Assembly (NCBI GenBank): GCA_965153355.1
Contig: OZ231126.1
Coordinates: 10,478,001-10,542,000 of the forward strand
Length of the DNA: 64,000 nt
Origin: Flaccisagitta enflata
Lineage: Eukaryota
Reading direction: 5' to 3'
Both the position numbers and the translations under genes were made by a program. The notes below the pieces were generated by a model. The model was not told the DNA's origin, did not search any database, and worked only from the letters and a program-made list of their open reading frames with translations. How positions within the stretch are numbered: the stretch's first letter is position 1; every line of letters begins with the position of its first letter. Positions 26,033 through 34,975 of this stretch are shown in pieces.

Positions 26033-29000
26033 TTACTTTTTCTTCAAAAAGTCTTTGCGATTTTTTCCCTTTCTGTTATAGACAATGTCGGTCGTAGCTT
26101 CAAGAGCCTTCTTCCATGAGTCTGTGCCAAAGAACTGGGTGGAGAAGTGATGAAGAAGATGATACTTCATGACCAGATGCTTCCTAGCCTCTAAAGAGAG
26201 TGAAGATTCGCGCGGAGACGCCAACGTGCGCCTGCAGAAGTCCTCTTTGACAACAGATTGCGCGAGAGAGTTGAAGTCGGATTTCATTCCAATTTGTGCG
26301 GCAAGTTGCGCATGATCCACCATTTTCTTGGGTGAAAAAGTGCCGTTGGCTTTTCTTATCAAGACTACTGTGTGCTTACCCATATGGACGTAGAGATTGG
26401 CCTTTTCTACTGCTAAAAAGAAGCCATTAACCTCCTTTTTGCCAATTTGCAAATCGTTGATCTTAAGGAGAAAGATGTGGTTTTTCACGAAAAAGACAAA
26501 ATGAATGACGTCACGGGTTTCAAATGCGGAATTGTTCTCTAACTGGCCCATGACGACAATTTCGGATTTCTCGACGTGACGCTGCAAGATCTGTAATTCA
26601 TCAATTTTCGTGACAACCATAATGGAGTGGTTTTCGCCAAATTTATGTAAAACCGGAGAATTACTGCATTGAACATGAACCCACGGAGTGTGGTGGGCCG
26701 CAAGAGGGCGCTTCTCAATCGGCGCACGGGTCATGAGGCTGAGAAAATGCGCTAACTCAGGAATTTCGATGTCGAGGTAAGAGACGATTTGGCGATTGAC
26801 GCGATCATTGGTACAAAAAGGATTTTGTAATTTCCTTCTTTGGCTAAGGGTCGTTACTTGTTTGCTTACGTGGTCCGGCGAAAAGTCAGCACTGAAAAAC
26901 TCGTCTTTTACAAGCAGAGGGCTGTCGGACGGCAAAATTCCATATTCTCTGATGATGTTCAATTTGTCGTCGTCGGTTTTGAAAGCAAAAGAAGTCGCAA
27001 AGGAAAGAAAGGCCGAGATTAATTCATCACCAAGGGAAGTAGTGACCAGTAAGAAGTTAGGTTGCTTCTTTACGCGGCAGTGGAGGATCAAAAATTCAGG
27101 TTGAATTTTGTCAAGAATTTCGCAACGAAAGAAGGTAAGAAGAGGATCAGAATTAAAGGTTTCATTTCTGACAAAGGCCTGAAAGAGCAACTTCCAATCC
27201 CAATTCAAACTGGCAACCGAAATCGCGACTTTGCCGACTCTGGACTTCAACTTCAAATCTTGTATTTTCCCGATGGTTTGAGCCATGGCATCGTAGACAT
27301 TTGGCGAAGAAGAGTGGCAAGAGTATTGAACAAAAGCGTCACTACAAGCATCATGTAAATTCCTGGCATCAATCAAACGGGAATAGATATCCTCTTTAAG
27401 GGGTTCAAAAGGCTCAGTGGCGTCGTCCAAAACATAAGAGTCTGAGGGCCCCAAGATTTCCGGGATAACACTTTGGTCTTCGTCCGGACCAGACCTCACC
27501 TGTTTCTCAAGCGTTGCGTCGCCGCGCTCAAAACTGCGGCGCTTGAGCAATGGAGAGGACAATTGAATCGGTTGTTCCTCAACAACCTCCTTACTGCTGC
27601 AAACTTTAAGATTTTTACCATTAACGAAGGCGGGCTGAGAGTCGGTGTAAATGGCATTACTGGGGTTCAAATCAACCAGAATATCGTCATCGGCGTGGTT
27701 GTCATTGTTACCGCTGATAATGACGTTGATAGGCTGGCCATCAATGATTGGAACGTCGGTGACCTTTTGAAACTCGGTGACGGCGGCGACGGCGACGGCA
27801 ATGGCGGTAGACTGAACCAAATCACCGCCATTGTTTTCCACACTTTGGTTTTTCTCAGAACTGACGCTGGCCTGAGCGGTGACAGAATCGTTTTTAACCT
27901 CGGCGGAATTTATATTTCTATCCCTAACCGATTCCACAATCATACCGGCGTCGCCGTTTGAGACGTAGTCAGGCACCAAAGATTTGTGAAAAGGCAAGGA
28001 CAGGTCGGCAACAACAAATGCATTAATTAGATTTTCATGATCAATGGTGATTGGGTCTAGATCGAGACCAAGTACAGGGAAGACGCCATCGTCGCAAAAG
28101 TGAATGGGCTGTGCAAATTTCGCGATGTCCCATTGGGTCCCGTCGATCAACTTATACTTATCCCAACCGGTTGAGTAAATGATTTGACCAAAGAAAACAT
28201 AAAGGATCAATTTGGGATCCGCCGCTGCATAACGGCGCATCTTTCCCGACCAAGCAGAGAGTTTCTGGTCCCAACGCGCCATTCTCGTCTCAACGTCCTT
28301 TTCCCAGATAATGGGGGTTGTTGGTGCGTGTGTGCCGAAGACGAAGTCGAAGGCGTCCTTGGCCGACCATGTACTTTTCTCCTTTGAACTTTGGGAATCA
28401 GTAGATTGGAACTCCCTGTTTTTTCCTGTCCAGACACGCATGGTTTTGTGAATGGAGGTGACGTCAATAATGGGGATGACGGCGTCGTTTAAGTGATACT
28501 GCTTGTTTATTATCCCTAATTCCACAAAAAGCGCCGCGTCACCTAGAATTACTGTGTTTTTGTCCGACATCAAATCCATGAATTTACCATGGAGGAACTT
28601 CTTCCTTCCCGCCGTGGCGTGTTTTGGCGGGTTTATTGCACAGAAATCCGTCAAGATAACAACCGTACGTACCAAATACCGATTGACACTGTAGGAGATT
28701 TGGATTACACAAACTTGATTTGGCTTTCCTTTGATTTGTTTTTGTTCAGTGTCGAGGGAAATGAAGTTTGTGAATCCTCGTTTCTCGAGCTCGCGGGATC
28801 TGTCGAGAATTTTCTGCATCTCGCTTGCAAGTCCTGCATCATCGTCGACGAAACTGACGGTTTCCATGTCAATTGGGAGGCGCCGTACTGTACCGGCTTT
28901 TACCAGTCGGTCTTCCCTTTCCTTCAGTAATTGGGCCTCTTTTTGTTTTTCACGTGTTTTCTCCCACTTTGTTCTTTGCTTCTTCCCGACGTAGCCCAAG

Positions 29001-29056
29001 TCAAACTCATTCATGACGGGAGACGGAGAACGCGAACCGCGACCGCCGGTTGCCAT
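26033..29056 (-). CDS. Cargo ORF (1007 aa): DEDDy 3'-5' exonuclease domain (RNase D/WRN/EXD/MUT-7 class) plus probable second degenerate exonuclease fold
   Basis: ExoI FISLDTE followed by VCVIQIS; LMSDKNTVILG; IDV; ExoIII RWDQ....MRRYAAAD. The C-terminal ~180 aa echoes the same pattern without acidic catalytic residues. Intact and intronless. Confidence 0.75.
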   Translation of the reverse strand: MATGGRGSRSPSPVMNEFDLGYVGKKQRTKWEKTREKQKEAQLLKEREDRLVKAGTVRRLPIDMETVSFVDDDAGLASEMQKILDRSRELEKRGFTNFISLDTEQKQIKGKPNQVCVIQISYSVNRYLVRTVVILTDFCAINPPKHATAGRKKFLHGKFMDLMSDKNTVILGDAALFVELGIINKQYHLNDAVIPIIDVTSIHKTMRVWTGKNREFQSTDSQSSKEKSTWSAKDAFDFVFGTHAPTTPIIWEKDVETRMARWDQKLSAWSGKMRRYAAADPKLILYVFFGQIIYSTGWDKYKLIDGTQWDIAKFAQPIHFCDDGVFPVLGLDLDPITIDHENLINAFVVADLSLPFHKSLVPDYVSNGDAGMIVESVRDRNINSAEVKNDSVTAQASVSSEKNQSVENNGGDLVQSTAIAVAVAAVTEFQKVTDVPIIDGQPINVIISGNNDNHADDDILVDLNPSNAIYTDSQPAFVNGKNLKVCSSKEVVEEQPIQLSSPLLKRRSFERGDATLEKQVRSGPDEDQSVIPEILGPSDSYVLDDATEPFEPLKEDIYSRLIDARNLHDACSDAFVQYSCHSSSPNVYDAMAQTIGKIQDLKLKSRVGKVAISVASLNWDWKLLFQAFVRNETFNSDPLLTFFRCEILDKIQPEFLILHCRVKKQPNFLLVTTSLGDELISAFLSFATSFAFKTDDDKLNIIREYGILPSDSPLLVKDEFFSADFSPDHVSKQVTTLSQRRKLQNPFCTNDRVNRQIVSYLDIEIPELAHFLSLMTRAPIEKRPLAAHHTPWVHVQCSNSPVLHKFGENHSIMVVTKIDELQILQRHVEKSEIVVMGQLENNSAFETRDVIHFVFFVKNHIFLLKINDLQIGKKEVNGFFLAVEKANLYVHMGKHTVVLIRKANGTFSPKKMVDHAQLAAQIGMKSDFNSLAQSVVKEDFCRRTLASPRESSLSLEARKHLVMKYHLLHHFSTQFFGTDSWKKALEATTDIVYNRKGKNRKDFLKKK

Positions 29057-30067
29057 AGTGAGAGATGATGGTGAGAAGAAGAAAAAGAGGAAATGAAATG
29101 GGAAAGAGATAACGGTCTACGCCACAAACCCCAAGACGGAGAGACGCAGACAACAAAAAAAAGGAAAAAAAAGAAAGCGTAAATGTTAATTAGTAGGATG
29201 TGATGAAAGATAGGAGATGATGAGAAAAAAAAGGGTTTACCAAGGAAAATAAAAATGCGATGGGAGAAACTAGAACGATGTTGAACTTTAATAAGATGAA
29301 AAATGCCGAAGCCACTAATTCCAAGACGGAAAGACAACGGCCAGATAAATAAGAAAAAGAAAAAAGAGTTTTCGGAGAAAAACCTTTAATGGGATGAATA
29401 GATGATAGAAATGAATAAAAAAGTACGAAAAAATTGATGGGAAAAAGATGATGAGAGAAACGTAAGAGAAGGAGGGAAGATAGGCAGTTGGCGGTATTAG
29501 AATGAAAGTTATCACGTGACGACTATCACTAGTTGACTATCACAGGATGAGTATCACATAAAGACGTTAGGAAGTGATTTTTATTGGGTTTGACTTATTA
29601 CGGCCTTATATTATCGACGGTTCTAATCCTGGCAGTCAATTTCTGCTACCGTCCGTTTCACTCAAGTCCGGGCTTCACTGGTCGACATCCTACACTACGG
29701 ACTACTACTACTATGGATCGATGATGAAGAGAGAGAATGGAGTGATAATCCATTGTGTTTGATCGTGAATTTTGAATTTTATGATGTCGTTTTGTGTAAC
29801 TATTCACGATTAGTGGCGATTTTAAGAGGATTTGATTCGGTCCCTGACAGACGTGATTTTGTCGCGTGAAAGCGACCGAGAAAAATAAGTTAATCTGCGC
29901 GACTTACTTATCGGAATTTCTCATCTTTCAACCTGTGCAAAGGGAAACAACAAGACTCAGAATGAATTCAACTGCAGATTTGTTGCCGATAAAATTGATT
30001 TCCCTTTGGCCGATAAAAGTGAAAATATATAAAAACCAATACAAAGACAATGTGAGCATCGCGATTT

Positions 30068-31432
30068 CTATTTTGGCGTGCTCGCTTTAGGACAGAACAT
30101 GTCATCATCATCGTCAAACGAAGTTTCTTCTCGATCATCACTTTCCTCCTTTGGAACGTAGGGTGTTGCCACTTCTAGTGATTGGAACATGTCAGACTCG
30201 AAACCCGTTTCATCGGCGTCTGCTTGAGCTTGAATGGCGCAAGTGTTAATCTTTTTGCAAATGTTTACCATCGAAGTCGTGGGCGCCTTCCGTTTTGATG
30301 ATTTGCCTTTCTTTGGCTTTTGCTTCGCTGGCTTCTCAGCTGAGTCGGGCTCAGCCACTTTTCTCTTCCGGAAGTTGTACTGCGTTTCGCCACCATCGGA
30401 ACGAGGGGACAGATTCGGATCATCGGTAAGGATAACTGTGCTATGAATAGCGTGAGAAGCGCCCGGCTGTGCATTTTGAGCAAAATCGGCTAAAGTTTCA
30501 TTTTCATCAAAATTTGACTCAGGATATAAGGCTTCCTGGTTAGTTTGGACCAATAGATCAGGTCTAGGCATTTGAGTAAAAATGTGCGGGTTTGTACTAG
30601 TGATTGTCTGAGGCGAAATACGCAAATGACTGGTTGCTGAATTGTCCGGAGGGAATAAGAGTGATGAGTGGGGGGTTGGAGAAAGAGATGGTAACGAAAG
30701 AACAGGTCTGGATGCGGGTGGCGTTGCCAGGTGAGAGTGAGGAAGGACAGTAATATCTAGAGTTGTCTCAGAGGCAGGTGTTGGAGGTGGGGGATTCGGG
30801 CGGTCAGCGTCTGCCGGTTGAATGATTGGTGTTGTTGGAGGTGTCGGAGTTGTAGACGAGCGATCGTACGACAACAATGAACTGAGCAGAAAGGCTTTAG
30901 ATTTTGATCTAGTCATGATTTCATTGTTAGGGTCTACAGGTGTAACTGAGTCAGGTGCAGCAGATGCAGGGGCAGAAGAGCGTAGGATAGATTTGTGCGC
31001 TTTCTGAGGATGTAAAGGAGCAGAGCCCAGATTATTTGATGGATGCTGTACTGCGGGAGGAGCGAGAGGAGGAGCAGGAGGATGAAGAGGAGGAGCAGGA
31101 GGAGGAAGAGCCTTTGAAGGAGCGATAATCTGCTGAACAGTGTAGGGTTTAAGATGGTTGTGGTGTTTTGTACAAGAGGTGCCAAACTGGTCCTGACAGG
31201 TGTAGTTGACAGTGGCCTCATCGAGCCTTGGGATGACTTCTACCACTGTTGAGGGCCCGTCCCAATTGGGAGTGAGTTTGAGAGGGACATTGCGTGGCTG
31301 AAATTCCCATACATCGTCACCAGCCTTATAGGGGACGTATTTGGCTTGCTTGTCGTAGTTTGTTTTCTGCCTTTCCTGTTCTTTCTTCATTTGCTCCTGC
31401 ACCAGCAGAATAGCCTCGGTTTGCTTGCCACT
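30068..31432 (-). CDS. In-frame continuation of Pol after a TAG: integrase GPY/F module plus long Pro/Ser-rich, basic and acidic tail
   Basis: Same frame as pol. QERQKTNYD..YKAGDDVW..KLTPNWDGP..HHNHLKPY is the standard Gypsy integrase C-terminal module. Confidence 0.85.
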   Translation of the reverse strand, partial: SGKQTEAILLVQEQMKKEQERQKTNYDKQAKYVPYKAGDDVWEFQPRNVPLKLTPNWDGPSTVVEVIPRLDEATVNYTCQDQFGTSCTKHHNHLKPYTVQQIIAPSKALPPPAPPLHPPAPPLAPPAVQHPSNNLGSAPLHPQKAHKSILRSSAPASAAPDSVTPVDPNNEIMTRSKSKAFLLSSLLSYDRSSTTPTPPTTPIIQPADADRPNPPPPTPASETTLDITVLPHSHLATPPASRPVLSLPSLSPTPHSSLLFPPDNSATSHLRISPQTITSTNPHIFTQMPRPDLLVQTNQEALYPESNFDENETLADFAQNAQPGASHAIHSTVILTDDPNLSPRSDGGETQYNFRKRKVAEPDSAEKPAKQKPKKGKSSKRKAPTTSMVNICKKINTCAIQAQADADETGFESDMFQSLEVATPYVPKEESDDREETSFDDDDDMFCPKASTPK

Positions 31433-34400
31433 CTAGGAATTGACGTAGTCCCTCACCGAGAGTTTGGCTTCAGGAGATGGTAAAATGCCATCAATTGGAA
31501 GAGTGGGTTGGAAGCCATAGAGAACAAAGTAAGGAGTTTGACCGGTGGTGGCATGCACAGTTGTGTTGAAGGCATACTGTAGAAACTTAAGCAGGTCAGG
31601 CCATTCCTCCTTGGTCTCCAAGATGCGTTTTGTTAGTTCGCTGATGATTTGACGATTTTTGTTTTCCACCACCCCTTGAGATTGGGGGTGGTAGGGAGTG
31701 CTGGAAGACTTCTTAATTTTGAGATATTGGCAAAGGGCGTTGATGATGTCGTTTTGGAACTCTCCTCCGTTATCGCTACTGAATGACTCAGGTGGCCCAT
31801 GGCGCAGAGAGAAGTCCGTAAGGCAGTCAACAATGGCAGTGGCGGTTTTGGAGCGAGAGGGGTAGAGTTTGACCCATTTGGAGAATAAGTCCACAATTAC
31901 AATGACGTAACAGTAGCCTTTGCTAGAAATGGGCAGTTTAAGGACATCAGCCATCACGCGTTGGAAGGGTCTGGAGACCTTGATGGGAACCATGGGAGCC
32001 TTATTTGGAGGGTTAGGTTCACGAAGGCACTGGCACTGCATGCATTTTGATACGAACTTTTCAATATCACTCCAAAATGAAGGCCAGATGGCATAGTTTT
32101 TGACCATGCGAACCATCTTGTCTTTCGAAGGATGACCTACAAGTGGACCACCATGAAGGCTCTGAAGAACCTCTTGAACCATCGTGGGTGGGACAATTGC
32201 TTGGAGAATTGTGCCATGGAAATCATCTGTCTTTGCTGCGCGGTAGAGGACACCTTTTTTGAGACGGAGGTGAGGATAATGCTTAGCATACCAAGGATCA
32301 TTGATCGCGCCTTCGTCAGGTCTGAGACGCCTGTGTTTGAGTTTTTGTTCAATGACAGAGAGGATGGTGGGGTCGTTTCGTTGTTCCGCCACAAGTCTTT
32401 CTTCCTTTTCTTCCTCACAAAAGATTGAGACCAAAGGAGCTTCGGAGATGTCCAATGCTCCCAAGCAGTAAAGGTTATGATCATCAGATGCCATAGTAAG
32501 GTCAATGAACTCTTGTTCGTCCCAGTTTTGGTTCTCAAGTGCCATGGAGCAGAAGAAACTGGCAAAGTGTTCGTCTAGGCCATCAGGAATTTCAACATCT
32601 TCTTCATCTTCCATGGGGCGGCGGCTCATGGCATCAGCATCGGAGAGTTTGGCGCCTGGGACATAGACGAGTGTGTAATGGAAACTGGCCAGAAAGATCT
32701 TCCAACGGTTTCTTCTGCCATTTGGGTCATCAGTGTTTGGGTCAGGTTTCTTAATGGAGAGAAGAGGCTTATGGTCCACGATGGCTACAAAATGGGAACT
32801 AGCCAAGAAGTGGCGGTAGGTTTTCACCCAATTGTAGAGGGAAAAGAATTCGCGATCGAAGACCACCCAGGAGCTTTGACGGTCAGTAAGCTTTCTAGAA
32901 TCGAAGCAGATGACGCGTGTTAAGTCATCATGGATCTGTTGGAGGACACATCCAATGGCGATAAGGCTTGCATCAGTTTTGAGAATGAATTCCTTGGAGA
33001 AGTCTGGAACTGCAATGACAGAGTCAGAAGTGACCGAACCAACAAGCTTGTCAAAAGCTGATTGACATTCTGGAGACCAATGAAAAGGGACATCTTTCTT
33101 GGATAAGTCTGTAAGAGGAGCGGCGATATGAGAGTAAGACTTGATAAATTGGCGATAGAACGAAACAAGTCCGAGGAAACCTCTGGTTTCCGTAAGATTC
33201 TTAGGTACTGGCCAACTGAGTATTTTTGAGATGTTATGGGGGTCAGGCTTTAAACCGCTGGCAGAGAGGAGGAATCCAAGAACAACGACTTCCGTCTGAC
33301 AAAATTTTGATTTTTCAGGGTTTAATTTTAACCCAGCACTCTCTAGGGCAGAGAGGACCTCGTCGAGTAGATGGAGATGATCACGATACGTCTCCGACGC
33401 CATCAATATGTCGTCGAGGAAAGTAATCAGGAAGCGAGGGTCAAAGTTACGAAAAGTGATTTGCATCAAGGCATTCATGGAGGAAGTTGCGTTTATTTCC
33501 CCCTGCGGGCACCTGGCCATTTGCCAGTGCCGCGAGGGGGTACTAAACGCATAAAATTTCCTATCGCATTTAGCGATAGGTATCTGGTGGAAACCAGAAC
33601 TCAAATCGGCCTGAGAGAAGATGGAGCCTTTGACCCGGTGTAGACAATCTCCAATGTGGGGCATTGGGAAATGCACCCGCTCTGACATGGCATTGAGTCG
33701 TCTGAGGTCAACAACAAATCTCGAGAGCTCGCCATTTTTTTTCGGCACCATCAGCACTGGAAAATTGTAAGGGCTGTCGCTGGGCTCAACAATGCCGTCG
33801 CGGTGCATCTGGTCTACTTGGCGCTCGATGATCTCAGCAATCTGAGGCGTGGTGCGGTACTGAGGAACGTTGATGGGAGGACCAGGCTTGATGCGACAGA
33901 AATGTTTAAGCAGGGTGGCCTCACCCAGATCGCTTTTAGTCTTAGAGAAAGCTGTTTCGTGTTTCACTCTAAGAAGATGGTCCAATTTGGCGGGATCTTC
34001 TCCAGGAGGAATTTTGGCATCAGAAAGGTCCAATATCAATGGTCTAGTTGCATCATTAGGATCCGGAGCTTTAACAACACGTGGGATGGACCGTTTTCCT
34101 TTGGCGGCACAGAACTGTGAATCAGAGTATAGGCAGAATGAATCAGAAGGAAGCTCAGGTCGAACTGGAGAAGGAATTTTGTCAATCGCCTCAAAAACGC
34201 AAAATGCGCTGTCTAGTTGGTCGTTGCAAAATTCAAAGGTTGCCAATGGAGTTCTGGCTTGAATGACCGCCGGAGTGGGAAGGGTGTTGAAGACTTCACA
34301 ATGGGCAATGCCATGATTAACGGATGAGAGAGAATAGCCAACAAGGACGCCATCAGCTGGGCAGTGATCGAGGTAGGGCATAGAGAATATCGTAGAAGAG

Positions 34401-34975
34401 CCAGAATGCTGCAGATAGGCTAGATCAGCGTGAATATAGGCCTTTATAGGCATTCGCGACGTGGGAGGGATGACCACCGATTCGAAGGCTGTGAGATGAG
34501 GAGGATCAGGAGATTTCTCCCTCATGATGAAGGGAGTAGAGATGCCTTTAATGGTGAGATTATTTGACTCTAGGTTAATGATTGCTTTTCTGTTACAAAG
34601 AAAGTCCCAACCAATTACGAGTGGTCTTACAAGACCGCGCATAATTCTACAATTAACTAGAAAGTTTTGACCAGAGATCGAGAATGGCAGTTCAAGCAGT
34701 CCAAGGGTGACGACGTCGTTTCCATTGATAGAATGCCCGACGTCAGTTTGGGCTGAAAATCTACATTTCTGTAGGAAAGGACATTTCTGCACCTCCATTT
34801 CAGATATAAGGCAGGTGGAGCAGCCAGTGTCGACGAGAGCTGAGACGGTACGCTCACCGATGGAAACTTGTATTTCTGCAAAGATGTCTGGTTTGGGTTC
34901 CTGACTGAGTTGAGCCTTTGGTTGAGTTTCACCGACACACTCCCGACTCACGGAGGTGTCTGCATTTAAAAATCC
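31433..34975 (-). CDS. pol: Pol: aspartic protease, RT, RNase H, integrase (entered by -1 frameshift)
   Basis: ALVDTGCS; RFVVDLRRLN, DLSSGFHQI, FLDD; LKTDAS/DRE/DHKPL/ADAMSR; H-H-CxxC; MAD..SDNGGEF..VE. Frame stays open upstream of the GTG to the slippery site. Confidence 0.95.
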   Translation of the reverse strand, partial: GFLNADTSVSRECVGETQPKAQLSQEPKPDIFAEIQVSIGERTVSALVDTGCSTCLISEMEVQKCPFLQKCRFSAQTDVGHSINGNDVVTLGLLELPFSISGQNFLVNCRIMRGLVRPLVIGWDFLCNRKAIINLESNNLTIKGISTPFIMREKSPDPPHLTAFESVVIPPTSRMPIKAYIHADLAYLQHSGSSTIFSMPYLDHCPADGVLVGYSLSSVNHGIAHCEVFNTLPTPAVIQARTPLATFEFCNDQLDSAFCVFEAIDKIPSPVRPELPSDSFCLYSDSQFCAAKGKRSIPRVVKAPDPNDATRPLILDLSDAKIPPGEDPAKLDHLLRVKHETAFSKTKSDLGEATLLKHFCRIKPGPPINVPQYRTTPQIAEIIERQVDQMHRDGIVEPSDSPYNFPVLMVPKKNGELSRFVVDLRRLNAMSERVHFPMPHIGDCLHRVKGSIFSQADLSSGFHQIPIAKCDRKFYAFSTPSRHWQMARCPQGEINATSSMNALMQITFRNFDPRFLITFLDDILMASETYRDHLHLLDEVLSALESAGLKLNPEKSKFCQTEVVVLGFLLSASGLKPDPHNISKILSWPVPKNLTETRGFLGLVSFYRQFIKSYSHIAAPLTDLSKKDVPFHWSPECQSAFDKLVGSVTSDSVIAVPDFSKEFILKTDASLIAIGCVLQQIHDDLTRVICFDSRKLTDRQSSWVVFDREFFSLYNWVKTYRHFLASSHFVAIVDHKPLLSIKKPDPNTDDPNGRRNRWKIFLASFHYTLVYVPGAKLSDADAMSRRPMEDEEDVEIPDGLDEHFASFFCSMALENQNWDEQEFIDLTMASDDHNLYCLGALDISEAPLVSIFCEEEKEERLVAEQRNDPTILSVIEQKLKHRRLRPDEGAINDPWYAKHYPHLRLKKGVLYRAAKTDDFHGTILQAIVPPTMVQEVLQSLHGGPLVGHPSKDKMVRMVKNYAIWPSFWSDIEKFVSKCMQCQCLREPNPPNKAPMVPIKVSRPFQRVMADVLKLPISSKGYCYVIVIVDLFSKWVKLYPSRSKTATAIVDCLTDFSLRHGPPESFSSDNGGEFQNDIINALCQYLKIKKSSSTPYHPQSQGVVENKNRQIISELTKRILETKEEWPDLLKFLQYAFNTTVHATTGQTPYFVLYGFQPTLPIDGILPSPEAKLSVRDYVNS

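Noticed and set aside
24123-29056. Cargo ORFs as env
   Set aside because: No signal peptide, furin site/fusion peptide arrangement or C-terminal TM anchor is evident. The motifs indicate exonuclease and F-box instead.
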